From: a virus
Lineage: Duplodnaviria > Caudoviricetes
Virus record (IMG/VR): IMGVR_UViG_3300032236_000195
Span: 647 to 64,646 of that record
Direction: 5' to 3' (one strand)
DNA length: 64,000 nucleotides
The notes under the pieces were generated by a model that did no database searches, had not been told where the DNA came from, and worked only from the letters and a program-made list of their open reading frames with translations. This document shows, one piece after another, positions 29,401-38,525 of the stretch (position 1 is the first letter of the stretch; each line of letters opens with the position of its first letter). The position numbers and the translations under genes were made by a program.

Positions 29401-32400
29401 TATATCAAAGCCAAAACTGAACAAGAACGCAAAGAACAGCAAGCCCGCAAAGAGCGCGACCAGCGCCGCGAAAGGATTACCAACAACTACGAATACAACC
29501 GGGAAGCGGTTGAGGCGCACTTTAAGTTCAAATTTCCATTGTGGAATAAACTGACGACCGCCCAAAAGTTAGCGTACCTAAACGCTTTGAAAGAGAAAGG
29601 AGATACAAACGAAGCCGGTGTGCAGCAGGACTACGCATTTGCCAGACTTGCAGAGCGTTTGATCCATGACAATAAATCGCTTACTGAAGAGCAGCAAAAG
29701 AAAGCAGAAGCTGATATAAATAAACGCGAACTTGAAATGATTCGTGCGGGCGTCGCTGCCCAAGAAAAGTTTCAACGCCAGCGAGATACGGCAGAACCGT
29801 ACGTACCATTTTCTCGGGTTGTTGAAGATAGGCCACTCACCGCCGAAGCGGTCAAGCTGGTAAAAGATAACGAACTGCAAAAGCTTTTGCAGGCTTTTAG
29901 GTCAGCACCAACGGGCGGGAACCTCACTGCGTTAGTCCACAAAGGGCTGGCTCAAGCTTTGTTTGCGATGAAACTCAGCACCACGTTTGAGATCGTAGAC
30001 GTAATCAGGGATAACAAAGGTAGAGAAACAGACGCGTACGGTTCGTATGATCCGCTTACCAATAAGATTAGGTTGGCACCGAATGGACTAACGATGTCCA
30101 CAATTCTGCATGAACTTACTCATGCGGCGACCGTACAGGTGCTCTACAAGTATTCGCATGGTAACCAGCTACGTTCCCAGTTGTCTGAGGATCAGATCCT
30201 TGCTTGCTTTCAGCTTGAGCAGCTTATGGAAGAAGCTAAAGACTACCTTGGTAAAACTTACCCAACAGCGTTCAAGAACGTCTATGAGTTCATAGCCTAT
30301 GCTATGACGGAGCCTCAATTCCAGCGGGAACTGAACAGAATCAGTCCGTCTGCTATGGGAGCAATGAAGGCGTCGAACATTGTTGCTAGCGCCATTCATG
30401 ACAAACTTGGCAAAGAACCCGGAAAAGTAGTTGGCAAATGGAGAGAGTGGACTGAAACTCTCTTGTATGAAAGTTTGTTGCCTACCGCTAGAACCCTTTG
30501 GACAAGTCTTAGTAGGGCAATTGCCAAAGCAGTTGGGTACAACGCTGAAAAACAAGCGAACGGCCAGATCAATTTTCTCGTGGAGATTTCTGAGATCTTC
30601 TCGAAGATTGCTATGCCACAAGAGGGTGCAATCGATCTAGGGAGGTTGGAAGCCAACGCTCCCGCTGGGCGGCAGACAAAGCCAGCGACGCCCACACGCG
30701 TCATCGACCTAAACAATCACGATGACGATAATTACACACGGTTCAAGGAAAAGAAAGTACCGCTGTTTACGGCAATCAAAAACGTAGTTACCACAAAACA
30801 GGGTTTCACAACGCTCGCCACCAAGTTTGCCAACAACCGTTACGCAGCCAAGGTATGGGAAAAAGCACGCGAGCGCGCTGGCTTGATTAACTTTGACGGC
30901 CCGATGATCAACGCGGTCTACACTTTGCTGACACTTGCGCCAGCGCGTGGTCGGGCTATCTATAACAGTGAAGTTGATCCGATTGCTAGTGAACTTCGTA
31001 CGACAATAGAGCAATACGCCAAGGCTATGAACCTTGACGTGGACAAAACGCTTGCCCGTCTACACAAAATCTTGGAGGTACTGCACAACCCCGAGCGTAG
31101 CATGGTGAAGTTCTTGTTGTCGGCTCCGCTTGATGACAAAAAAAAGCTGTTTATGGTAAGTGGTAAACCATCTTCGGCGGCTGATGTACGTACAGCCATA
31201 CTAAATCAACTCAATAGAAGCCAGAACATGACGCAGGCGCAAGCCCTTCAGTTACGTTCTACGTTAGAAAGTATTGTGTTCCAGACTCAGGTGGACCCGT
31301 CTGGTCAAGTCACGATCATGCGTGACGCGAACGGCAACCCGCTCGTCAATACAAACAACGTGGTGGCTACCGGATTTAGTCCAGATAACATCAAAGAAAT
31401 AGATCCTTCCCACCAGACTTTCAACATGACCAACCTTGATCCAGCCAGCATCAAGAACGTCATGGCTCAATATCTCAGTGATCCCAACAAGGCGTTGGTA
31501 GACAAAATCATAAGTGATATGCGGCGGCTCAATGAGAAAACTATTGAGCTAGATAAACAGTCTAACTACTGGTCAAAGCCGGTCGATAACCGGAAGAACT
31601 TCTACAACTTCCAGAACTACGTTTCGTTCAAAGGTAAGGGAGCGCATACTCAGACTGATGAGATGCTGAACTTTGAGACCATGAAGAGTAATGGTAAAGA
31701 GTTCCAGCAAATCGAACGCCCAATGTCGGGCCGGGAAACTGCTGCTGATAATCCTGTACTCCACGCAATGGCCTACGCTACACAAGCTGCGCTGCGTGCG
31801 GGGCGTAAGGATGTGACTCTTGCCATCAAAAATGCTATCGAGCAAAAACTTATTAGTGGAAAAGTATCCAAGAAAAGATCGTTTGAAGAGCGTGATGATC
31901 CCAAGTTTATTGAGAGCCTTCCTAAAGAGCGGACCCTCTTTCACTTCAATGAAGACGGTAGCCTCCAAGTTCTTGAGATCAACGACAACGCACTGCGAGA
32001 ATCGATCCGGCGTACGTTTGAATCTACAAGCCCACTTATCAATGCGGCTAACTGGCTGACCAGCAAAGTCGGGGCAACGCACACTCGGTACAATTTTAAC
32101 TTTGCGCCGATGAACTTCACACGTGATGCGTTGACTAACGCTGGTGCGATTGGTGCGGATATGGGGCCAGCAAAAGCTGCCCAATATTTGGGCGCAATGT
32201 CTAGTCTTGTCACTAACGGCGGTTTGTACAAGGCGATGCAGGTTGCTGTTCTGTACGACAAGTCAGATGCTAGAAGTCAACAAGCCCTCAAAGGTTTGGC
32301 GGCGTCAGACCCGTTCATTGCAAACATGGTTGAGTTCATCAAAGAGGGCGGCATGGTGTCGTACCTCCACGGACTGACCATCAAATCAAACTTTGAGCAA

Positions 32401-33882
32401 CTCTACAAAGAAGTTGGTCGGTCAGGCATCCTCACGAAAGTAGAACAGCTAGAGAAATTCATTGATGTTTGGACGGACATGTTTGAATTGGCAAGCCGTT
32501 CTGCCGCATACAGTGTGGCTAAAGCTGACGCATATGCTAATAACATAACAGGTGATGCGGCAAAAACAAAAGCTGCTGCCTACGCCAAAAACCTAGCCAA
32601 CTTTGAGCAGGTCGGCGATTGGGGTAAAGCCCTAGGCTCCCTTTACATGTTCTTCCGTCCGTCTGCTACGGGCGCGCTGCGTGCCATCGAGTCTATTGCT
32701 CCGGCATTCCGTACGGCAGATCGCGCTTGGGAAAGTTTAAAAGCAGAACTGCCAGAAAATTTAAGGAAAGATCCTGCTACTAGGGATAAGTTCTTAGCCA
32801 ACTACAGTCAGAACCGTAAGAACGCACAGATAATGACCGCCGGTTTGATGGGTCTTGGTGCGTTGACCTACACGATGGCGTTCATGTTTGCCGATGATGA
32901 CGATGACTTGGGACGCAACCCGGTCGGTACGGACAACATGCAGCAGTGGACTCGCTATGCGCGGTTCCATGTCCCAAAAGTTCTCAGCGAAGCGATTGGA
33001 CTGAAAGACCCGTTGGTGCTTCAGATGCCGTGGGGCTTCGGGCTTGGTGCATTTGCTGCATCAGGGGCGCAATTGGCAGCGGCGGTAGCTGGCAAACAAT
33101 CAATCGGCGATGCGTTGGCTAACGTCTTCCTTCAGATTTCGTTGGACTCGTTTGTGCCGATCCCGATCTCGCGTATGCCAGCCACGGAGATGCCACTTGA
33201 GTTCGTTCTGGATTCCGTTGCGCCTAGCGTAGTACGTCCACTGCTTGAGTTTGCTCTCAATAAAAATGGTCTTGGCCAAGAGATCTACAACGACCAGAAC
33301 CGTCGCATGGGTGATGCCTACACGGGTGGCGATCACATCCCAGAGATCTACAAAGAAGCCGCTAGATGGGTAGCCAACAATACGGTTGGCGATATCGACA
33401 TCAGTCCCAACACCCTGTACTTCTTGTCCAATAGTTACTTAGACGGAATCGCTAAGTACCTTGAAGTTGGGAACGACGTTGCGCTTGTTGTTGGTGGCAA
33501 AAAAGACTTCAAGCCAAAGACTGATCTGCCGTTGTTTAGTTCGTTCTTTGGGTCACGCTCAAACGTGGACTCCCGTGAATTCTCTGCGGTTGAGAAGAAG
33601 ATTCAAGATATCGAGAAACAGATAAAACAGTTCGATACTGACCCGCTAATGGCGATGAAGTACGATATTAATCATCCAATGCACCGCACTCTGGTAGACA
33701 TGTACAACCATGACAAGAACCAAGAGTTGCGGGATTTGCGGCATCAAGCCAAGGAAGTTCGACTCAATACTGCTCTAGAACCAAGAGATCGTGATGCGAT
33801 AGTCAGGATCATCAACTTCCAAGAGAATTTAATTAAGCACAATTTGGTTGAGATTTATAAAGCTTACGGGGTAAAACCCTAA
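26410..33882 (+). CDS. Giant ejection / polyvalent protein with zincin-like HExxH and LPD38-like C-terminus
   Basis: 2490 aa; TILHELTHAAT...EFIAYA, N..FAP.NF.RD, LY.FF, ..PWGFG...P...PL.E...NKN..G..IY motifs. Confidence 0.7.
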   Translation: MALVPYTGEILKEKPLNLVPYSGEVLPELPVKKVEPPVPAPVPEQQGPRVLSPDDNSSDFMRGISNYLPQLQETFGGAQVLAGRLAQKVGAEETGSDLIKRGVENLHKAESKTVTRKTDEFTEALKEGIVPLITDWLPYQIGSGVANLAETLGMMAVGAGVGAATGAGVGALPGAISGAIAKTLVKKGVLEAVEKMSKEEAEKHILKEAKKELLALGTTAGTVGQAGLHGAGETTSRAVQEAQRNNQTPEDINLGRLVPAAIVHSVADFFVNKIGVNALKVGEKAADSLIAEVAKRIAVTGGKEILPEEIQTIAERFGANLSVTDAEALKEYVNTAAASVGMSVLPGTVGGVRNHFSNQFAKAAKEQAEREEAEKQKQQQTPPPATPPAVTTPATPADVELNSLTNLQNAPPPPPPGAVATTPGTPPGTPPAGTPPTTSLPPAENKAQVSAFNYLQSLADPTKQASAGILGSHLNKLGIQMDRSAPNFRANALQAIADNLTASGVSVPDLAPIIANLPPSKKAEAAAQAGTTPPAGTPATKVEFPKYKDIAADPVGVATKYLADVAAGVYPKGANYLTLKQIVANIGVAVPEGKGYNARAIEAIKQHLSNYTPPENNLAQRQAEAVAQQESLFKKLIDENIAKQTAQQGAPNATTGIDTTAVGTSPSVATQPDTGPATEGTAAVDTSGVGDVAPSTTPINVGEGTKPNSVGALTVSLDANLQDLSQADRDMVIKQRQILNDAEIAYINNPSRVTKGRAEDALLDLHQLEDDFEIARSEPTKQSNELLAEPIGPFRSRQEQRDTANDYALSLEREETRKQEEQRQRDLEASYVNEKGEPKGPMKYSFDTDEMENQYNQTHAEIAEEAKAKNAERVELSLAQEEAQTKFNAAQEKVQQIEADLKAAREQNDESRVQELEKEQEKADNEETDASAALAEAEVALERHGPRLSQLPPWSKLSPADKDLYFSLIKYGDRPEHREAGKKLQAYRALTHGRGEGYIKAKTEQERKEQQARKERDQRRERITNNYEYNREAVEAHFKFKFPLWNKLTTAQKLAYLNALKEKGDTNEAGVQQDYAFARLAERLIHDNKSLTEEQQKKAEADINKRELEMIRAGVAAQEKFQRQRDTAEPYVPFSRVVEDRPLTAEAVKLVKDNELQKLLQAFRSAPTGGNLTALVHKGLAQALFAMKLSTTFEIVDVIRDNKGRETDAYGSYDPLTNKIRLAPNGLTMSTILHELTHAATVQVLYKYSHGNQLRSQLSEDQILACFQLEQLMEEAKDYLGKTYPTAFKNVYEFIAYAMTEPQFQRELNRISPSAMGAMKASNIVASAIHDKLGKEPGKVVGKWREWTETLLYESLLPTARTLWTSLSRAIAKAVGYNAEKQANGQINFLVEISEIFSKIAMPQEGAIDLGRLEANAPAGRQTKPATPTRVIDLNNHDDDNYTRFKEKKVPLFTAIKNVVTTKQGFTTLATKFANNRYAAKVWEKARERAGLINFDGPMINAVYTLLTLAPARGRAIYNSEVDPIASELRTTIEQYAKAMNLDVDKTLARLHKILEVLHNPERSMVKFLLSAPLDDKKKLFMVSGKPSSAADVRTAILNQLNRSQNMTQAQALQLRSTLESIVFQTQVDPSGQVTIMRDANGNPLVNTNNVVATGFSPDNIKEIDPSHQTFNMTNLDPASIKNVMAQYLSDPNKALVDKIISDMRRLNEKTIELDKQSNYWSKPVDNRKNFYNFQNYVSFKGKGAHTQTDEMLNFETMKSNGKEFQQIERPMSGRETAADNPVLHAMAYATQAALRAGRKDVTLAIKNAIEQKLISGKVSKKRSFEERDDPKFIESLPKERTLFHFNEDGSLQVLEINDNALRESIRRTFESTSPLINAANWLTSKVGATHTRYNFNFAPMNFTRDALTNAGAIGADMGPAKAAQYLGAMSSLVTNGGLYKAMQVAVLYDKSDARSQQALKGLAASDPFIANMVEFIKEGGMVSYLHGLTIKSNFEQLYKEVGRSGILTKVEQLEKFIDVWTDMFELASRSAAYSVAKADAYANNITGDAAKTKAAAYAKNLANFEQVGDWGKALGSLYMFFRPSATGALRAIESIAPAFRTADRAWESLKAELPENLRKDPATRDKFLANYSQNRKNAQIMTAGLMGLGALTYTMAFMFADDDDDLGRNPVGTDNMQQWTRYARFHVPKVLSEAIGLKDPLVLQMPWGFGLGAFAASGAQLAAAVAGKQSIGDALANVFLQISLDSFVPIPISRMPATEMPLEFVLDSVAPSVVRPLLEFALNKNGLGQEIYNDQNRRMGDAYTGGDHIPEIYKEAARWVANNTVGDIDISPNTLYFLSNSYLDGIAKYLEVGNDVALVVGGKKDFKPKTDLPLFSSFFGSRSNVDSREFSAVEKKIQDIEKQIKQFDTDPLMAMKYDINHPMHRTLVDMYNHDKNQELRDLRHQAKEVRLNTALEPRDRDAIVRIINFQENLIKHNLVEIYKAYGVKP
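28364..28540 (+). CDS. Candidate overprinted 58-aa protein inside giant protein (alternative frame)
   Basis: AAGGAG at 28352-28357, 6 nt before ATG. Amphipathic helical product; the host frame is low-complexity here. Confidence 0.5.
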   Translation: MPLQELTRPQLEQALAWLHSPIQDPPPKELPPLTQAEWAMLHQALHQLMLEKELNPIQ

Positions 33883-34085
33883 CCTGTGCGCCAAGCACGG
33901 ACACCTAAGTGTCCGTCTTTGCTTGATGGGTAAACCTTAAACCGCATACCTTCTTTTTTGGATGCGGTCTCAATAGCGTATATCATTTGCGATACACGCA
34001 GGGTGGGGATAAAGAAACTATCCCCAACCCTCATTCCCATGAACGGGAAAATCCACTCAGGTTCCTTGATCAGATCCGGCGTCAA
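33879..34085 (-). CDS. Small conserved phage protein, possibly DNA-binding
   Basis: FPF..M.VGDSFF.P....GVR.WR motif. Confidence 0.6.
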   Translation of the reverse strand: MTPDLIKEPEWIFPFMGMRVGDSFFIPTLRVSQMIYAIETASKKEGMRFKVYPSSKDGHLGVRAWRTG

Positions 34086-36891
34086 ACCATTCCTCCGGGA
34101 TTTGGGTCTTGAACCAATACAGGTGAGTTGGGTCTACGCTGATTGAACTTTTCCAGCCCGTAGTCAGGCGACCCTTCTTGTCATCTACCAGAATGTTCTG
34201 TGCCTTCATCTCAAACTCAAACTCGCGCGAACTTATCTGACGCTCGTTGAGATACTTTTTGAAGTCAGTCTTGGAGACCTGCAAGAGACTCTGCTCGCTG
34301 ACTATGCGCGCTACGATAGCGCCTCGTGGCTCCATCGTGACCTTACCGTCCTTGATGACCAGAATGTTCGCCATGTTCTTGTTGATGTAATCGCCAATCA
34401 CAGACGGGTAGTCAGTGCGGTTGATCTTGACCACGTTGTCACGGATCTCAATCATCGACCGAATGACTATGTGGTAGATACGGTCCAGATCTAGTTTAAA
34501 AATGTTTGCATTGTTGCCAATCGTACCGGCGGTAAAAACTGCCGCCACAAGATTTTGATAGAAGCGATATGTTGAACTGTCGCCAAAATCCTTGATAAAC
34601 CGTGCGTTCCATTTGCCGATCTCTTCAATGATCCATGCGTCGCCTAACTTAAAAAGTTCTTTGATGAACATCGGACCAGCGTGTCCGTAGTTGTAGGTGA
34701 ACGTATCAAAGATCTTTGCACCCAATGCGCCACCACCCTCACCTTCAAGTACGTCAGGTTTGTGGACTAGGAACTCAATCAGGCGTGCTGCTTCTCCATC
34801 AGGGTTAGCTTTAAATTGCTCGAACTTGCTGTAGATCGATTGGTTTGTTGTGAAGATAGCAATCAATGACGCCGACATCTCATGCTCGCGTTCAGCGTTA
34901 ACCGAACTCTGCATCCTGATCTTGGCCTTACCGTGAGAGATCTTATGCACCAACTGCGACATTGGTTTGGCTTCACGGTTCGATACCTCGTCCAATCCAA
35001 ACGGTAGGTTCTTCAACCCAAGGTAGCGTCCGGTCAGCCCGTTCTCGGTGGCATCGAACACGGATAGCTCCTTGGGGTTCCCAAAAGGACTCAAAGCCGC
35101 GTACAAAGCACCGGTCTTACCACACCCCGACTTACCTAAAAGGGACATTACGACGCCGGAAGTTGACGTATATGGCATCAAAACTGTACCAAAACCAGCC
35201 ATTCCAGCAAAGGCATGTAGCTCAAATTGAGGTCGGTTCAACTCGTCAAACGAACTGCGCCAACGCTCGTACGTGCCTTGCGGCTTGAGATATTTAGCGA
35301 TGCCTTTGACGAATGGTGATGAAGGTGCGTCCAAAGTTTCTCCGTTGAAGTTAATCTCTTTGTTGCCGATGACGAAGCTGCGCGTTGACCAATTTTCGCC
35401 TGTGATTTCTTCTGTCCATCCCATCTGCATACGCATGGTCTCCGCCACCGTATTTGTCTGCATGTATTGACCCCACTTCACAACGTAGTCCATTAAAAGT
35501 TTGGTGTTGGGCGATGAGGCAAGTACGCCGTTGTACGCCATCATTGCTTTGAAAGTCTCCTGCGCGTAGACATGCTTTAGCGGCAAGAGGAACTCCCGCA
35601 TCGAATCCCGTGGAAGCACCAATCTCATGAGCAGACACTCTCCATCGTGAGGACTCATCATCCTTCGGACGGGGAAAAACTCGTGAGGTAGGATCAGGAT
35701 TGGATCGTTCTGGTGCTTGATGCCCTTCTTGTCTATGGTGGGTGCTGGCAGAAAGTAAATCCCCCCGTTATGCCCGCGCACAAACGGCATCAGGAATTCA
35801 GGGAAATCTGGAATCGTTTTGGTATCCGGTTGCGTCCAAACTGATTCCTCCGTATCAGACGGCGGGGCAACTCTGAGTTCTCGTCCGAGGAGGATGGGGC
35901 TTGCAATTTTGCCTCTGTGCTGACACCCATTACATCCGTCAGAGTAGTTACTGATGAACCACTCGCATTTCCGAGGGGCAGGAATAGGTTCAACTTTTTG
36001 TATTGTTTTATGGTAGTCATACTCCGGGTGATCTTCTGACATTAGGTGGACAGCAGTCGCGCCATCCTCACAAAACTTGGCTATGGATAGGCCAGCGAAC
36101 CACAGTGGCTCCTCTATGGTGGCGGCGTTCACCAGAATATTTTTTATCTGATTGCAGCCCGTACCCTCAATACTTTCTGCCGCTATCTTTTCAAAACTTT
36201 TCGTGAAGTTATCCAACTTCAGCATCTGAAGAGTATCGTCATCCAGACCTTTCGACGCTACTTCAAGGACGGATGCTTCGCTCTTTAGTGGTTCCTCACC
36301 AAAGAACTCTTTGAACTCCTGCCAACTGTAGATTGGGAACTCGTCACTAATAAATAGCGTAGGTCGTGGCGGGTTATATTTATAGTTAAAGGTCTCCGGT
36401 GCTCGCATCAACCGGGAGGCATCTGCCGTGACCACGGGGTCAATCACTATGTGCATCAAACAGAGTGATCTAAATCTCTCTGCGAATACTTTCCATTCAT
36501 CAACCGGAATGTCTTGATCCATCAACCAATAGGCATGAAGCCCACCGCCTGAGTCAACAACGATTGGATCGGGTAAACCCGTAGCGCCTATAAGTTTGAA
36601 GAGCGCTACGTGCGCGTCGCCTTTTTCTGCATACGCTTTGTTGTCGCCTACGTCGAGATCAATAAAGAATGACTTAACGTATAAACAATCAGCAGCCTTT
36701 CTGCTGTATCCGTCAAAAGAACCTAGGGCTACAGAGACATTTAGATCTTTACTCTTGAACTTCTCAATTTCTTCCAAAACACCGTCGAGTGTCTCTGCAT
36801 ATCGGTTCTTGATGTTGTTGTGTAGATCAAAACCACTGACACAGTAGACACCCTGCGTGGGCAATGCTTTCTCGTAGAATTGTTTTAACAT
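34057..36891 (-). CDS. Primase-helicase (primase N-terminus, Zn module, DUF927-type helicase)
   Basis: SFFIDLD, VDSGGGLHAYW, C..C.HRGKI.SP, GW, Walker A GKSGCGKT, Walker B LDE, NYGHAG. Confidence 0.8.
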   Translation of the reverse strand: MLKQFYEKALPTQGVYCVSGFDLHNNIKNRYAETLDGVLEEIEKFKSKDLNVSVALGSFDGYSRKAADCLYVKSFFIDLDVGDNKAYAEKGDAHVALFKLIGATGLPDPIVVDSGGGLHAYWLMDQDIPVDEWKVFAERFRSLCLMHIVIDPVVTADASRLMRAPETFNYKYNPPRPTLFISDEFPIYSWQEFKEFFGEEPLKSEASVLEVASKGLDDDTLQMLKLDNFTKSFEKIAAESIEGTGCNQIKNILVNAATIEEPLWFAGLSIAKFCEDGATAVHLMSEDHPEYDYHKTIQKVEPIPAPRKCEWFISNYSDGCNGCQHRGKIASPILLGRELRVAPPSDTEESVWTQPDTKTIPDFPEFLMPFVRGHNGGIYFLPAPTIDKKGIKHQNDPILILPHEFFPVRRMMSPHDGECLLMRLVLPRDSMREFLLPLKHVYAQETFKAMMAYNGVLASSPNTKLLMDYVVKWGQYMQTNTVAETMRMQMGWTEEITGENWSTRSFVIGNKEINFNGETLDAPSSPFVKGIAKYLKPQGTYERWRSSFDELNRPQFELHAFAGMAGFGTVLMPYTSTSGVVMSLLGKSGCGKTGALYAALSPFGNPKELSVFDATENGLTGRYLGLKNLPFGLDEVSNREAKPMSQLVHKISHGKAKIRMQSSVNAEREHEMSASLIAIFTTNQSIYSKFEQFKANPDGEAARLIEFLVHKPDVLEGEGGGALGAKIFDTFTYNYGHAGPMFIKELFKLGDAWIIEEIGKWNARFIKDFGDSSTYRFYQNLVAAVFTAGTIGNNANIFKLDLDRIYHIVIRSMIEIRDNVVKINRTDYPSVIGDYINKNMANILVIKDGKVTMEPRGAIVARIVSEQSLLQVSKTDFKKYLNERQISSREFEFEMKAQNILVDDKKGRLTTGWKSSISVDPTHLYWFKTQIPEEWFDAGSDQGT

Positions 36892-36905
36892 GTCTCGCAG
36901 AGTTG

Positions 36906-36930
36906 AAAAAAGCGAGGTCTCCCTCGCTTT
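36906..36930 (-). terminator. Terminator/attenuator upstream of primase
   Basis: Minus strand AAAGCGAGG-GAGA-CCTCGCTTT-TTT; a second hairpin lies at 36941-36956. Confidence 0.6.
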
Positions 36931-36959
36931 GTTAGAACAACGGGGGTCGCCCCCCGTGG

Positions 36960-37283
36960 CTATTTGTTTCCGTTGAGTTCTCTCCCTACTATTCTTTCGA
37001 GGTAAAGTTTTGCCTCTGCGACGCTCCTAGCCGGGAGAATCTCTTTGGCGGTGTCACTCTCAATGATGTCCGTCAGCGTTTCAATCTTCAAGATATTTTT
37101 CTCTCGGATTTGGTTCCCGTTAAACCAATTGAAGATCGTCATACGGCTTACGTCAAGAGCATCGGCCACATACTTAGCTGGCAAGTTAGCCTTGACGCAA
37201 GCCATAGCCAAAGCCACCCCCGGCTTATGGGGGTTGGCCTTGAACAGCTTAATCAAAAAGGGTTCGCTGTACGTTCTGGACAT
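36960..37283 (-). CDS. Cro/CI-like HTH protein
   Basis: VADALDVSRMTIFNWFNG helix-turn-helix. Confidence 0.7.
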   Translation of the reverse strand: MSRTYSEPFLIKLFKANPHKPGVALAMACVKANLPAKYVADALDVSRMTIFNWFNGNQIREKNILKIETLTDIIESDTAKEILPARSVAEAKLYLERIVGRELNGNK

Positions 37284-38104
37284 TACTTCTTAGACCATTT
37301 CTTGACCACATCTGAGATGTCCTTCTCAGGGACTTCAGCAGCTTTGGCAACCGGACGTTTTTGAGGCTCAACAACCTCGTTCTCGTCGGTCTGGAACACG
37401 TTCATTTTAATCGCAGCTTCAGCCGCCGCGCTCTTGGACTGCCGCGCAATGATCTCAAGGTCAGCCTCGGGTACTGCACCAGCGGGTGAGAACAACACCT
37501 TCGGCGTTGGCGATTTAGTATCAAACGCCATCTTGGTCACAACGCGCCCTGCGGACACATTGTGCGACGCCAAGTGCTGAACATACGGACGGAACGGGAA
37601 CCGACCATTGTCTTCTTTCCCGAAGGTAGAAGTTGCTGGCAGAACAAGTTGCATCACATCCCCAGATGGATCGTTAGGCAACACTACTGCGGTACGCCAC
37701 GACAAACGGCAAGCGCTACCCAGACCGCCTTGTCCCGATCCTTTGACCGACATCTCGCATTCACTGCATTTAGACGCTTTCGGGGTCTTCACTTCGGGAT
37801 CAGGCGCGCTGGAGTCAGCAGACCAGCACGTGGGGCTAATCTTCTGCCCTTCTTGATAGCCCGACTCGTAGTACATACGCGAGGCTTGGTGCGCCATCTT
37901 CACGAAGATCACGTTCATGTGGCGATCTTCAATCGCACCGATCTCTTTGCCGCCAGACATCAAACGGAATACACCGCCTTTGATGGACACACGTTTGCTA
38001 CGTGCAGCACCACCGCCACCTGCTACTGCAAGAGTATCTTCATCCAGACCGGTCTGGACAAGTGCGGGGTTGCTAGCGAGAAGAGTTACTAAATCGTTTG
38101 CCAT
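37283..38104 (-). CDS. Putative ssDNA-binding / replication accessory protein
   Basis: R.SIKG..FR...P.CWS....C..C....GS...ACR pattern, acidic tail ending in W, located in replication module. Confidence 0.5.
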   Translation of the reverse strand: MANDLVTLLASNPALVQTGLDEDTLAVAGGGGAARSKRVSIKGGVFRLMSGGKEIGAIEDRHMNVIFVKMAHQASRMYYESGYQEGQKISPTCWSADSSAPDPEVKTPKASKCSECEMSVKGSGQGGLGSACRLSWRTAVVLPNDPSGDVMQLVLPATSTFGKEDNGRFPFRPYVQHLASHNVSAGRVVTKMAFDTKSPTPKVLFSPAGAVPEADLEIIARQSKSAAAEAAIKMNVFQTDENEVVEPQKRPVAKAAEVPEKDISDVVKKWSKK

Positions 38105-38126
38105 TTTTAAATCCTAACTGTGTTGA

Positions 38127-38525
38127 CTAATTGGAGGGTTTGCGAACTACGATGCCGAATTCCCTCATTACATTCACACCGGGCGGTAAGCCATCTTGCT
38201 CGTGCTCGGCCATGAATTGCTTGAAGTTGCCCTGATGGATGCGGCGTTCCAACAGATCAACCGCGTCGTTTTCCATGACGAACTTTTTGAAGTTATCCCA
38301 ATCATTCGTCGTGAAACGCTCATTAAGTTTCCTGATCACTGTGCCGCTTCCAGTACGGATGCTGCTCGCGTTGGTGTCGTTGCAGATGACCAGCATCTCT
38401 TTTTCGATAGCCAGCATGTCATCTAAGAACACCTTGTCGTCGGCCTCGTACTGAGCCTTCAGTGTCTCACGTTCGGTTCTAATAGTCAAGTAGGCTTTGA
38501 CTAATTCTTCAAGGTTGCGTTCCAA
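38127..38525 (-). CDS. Conserved replication-module protein
   Basis: LV..Y..IR...SIRT..GT....DWD.F..FV.E.....LLERRI.Q...LPPG pattern. Confidence 0.6.
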   Translation of the reverse strand: MERNLEELVKAYLTIRTERETLKAQYEADDKVFLDDMLAIEKEMLVICNDTNASSIRTGSGTVIRKLNERFTTNDWDNFKKFVMENDAVDLLERRIHQGNFKQFMAEHEQDGLPPGVNVMREFGIVVRKPSN

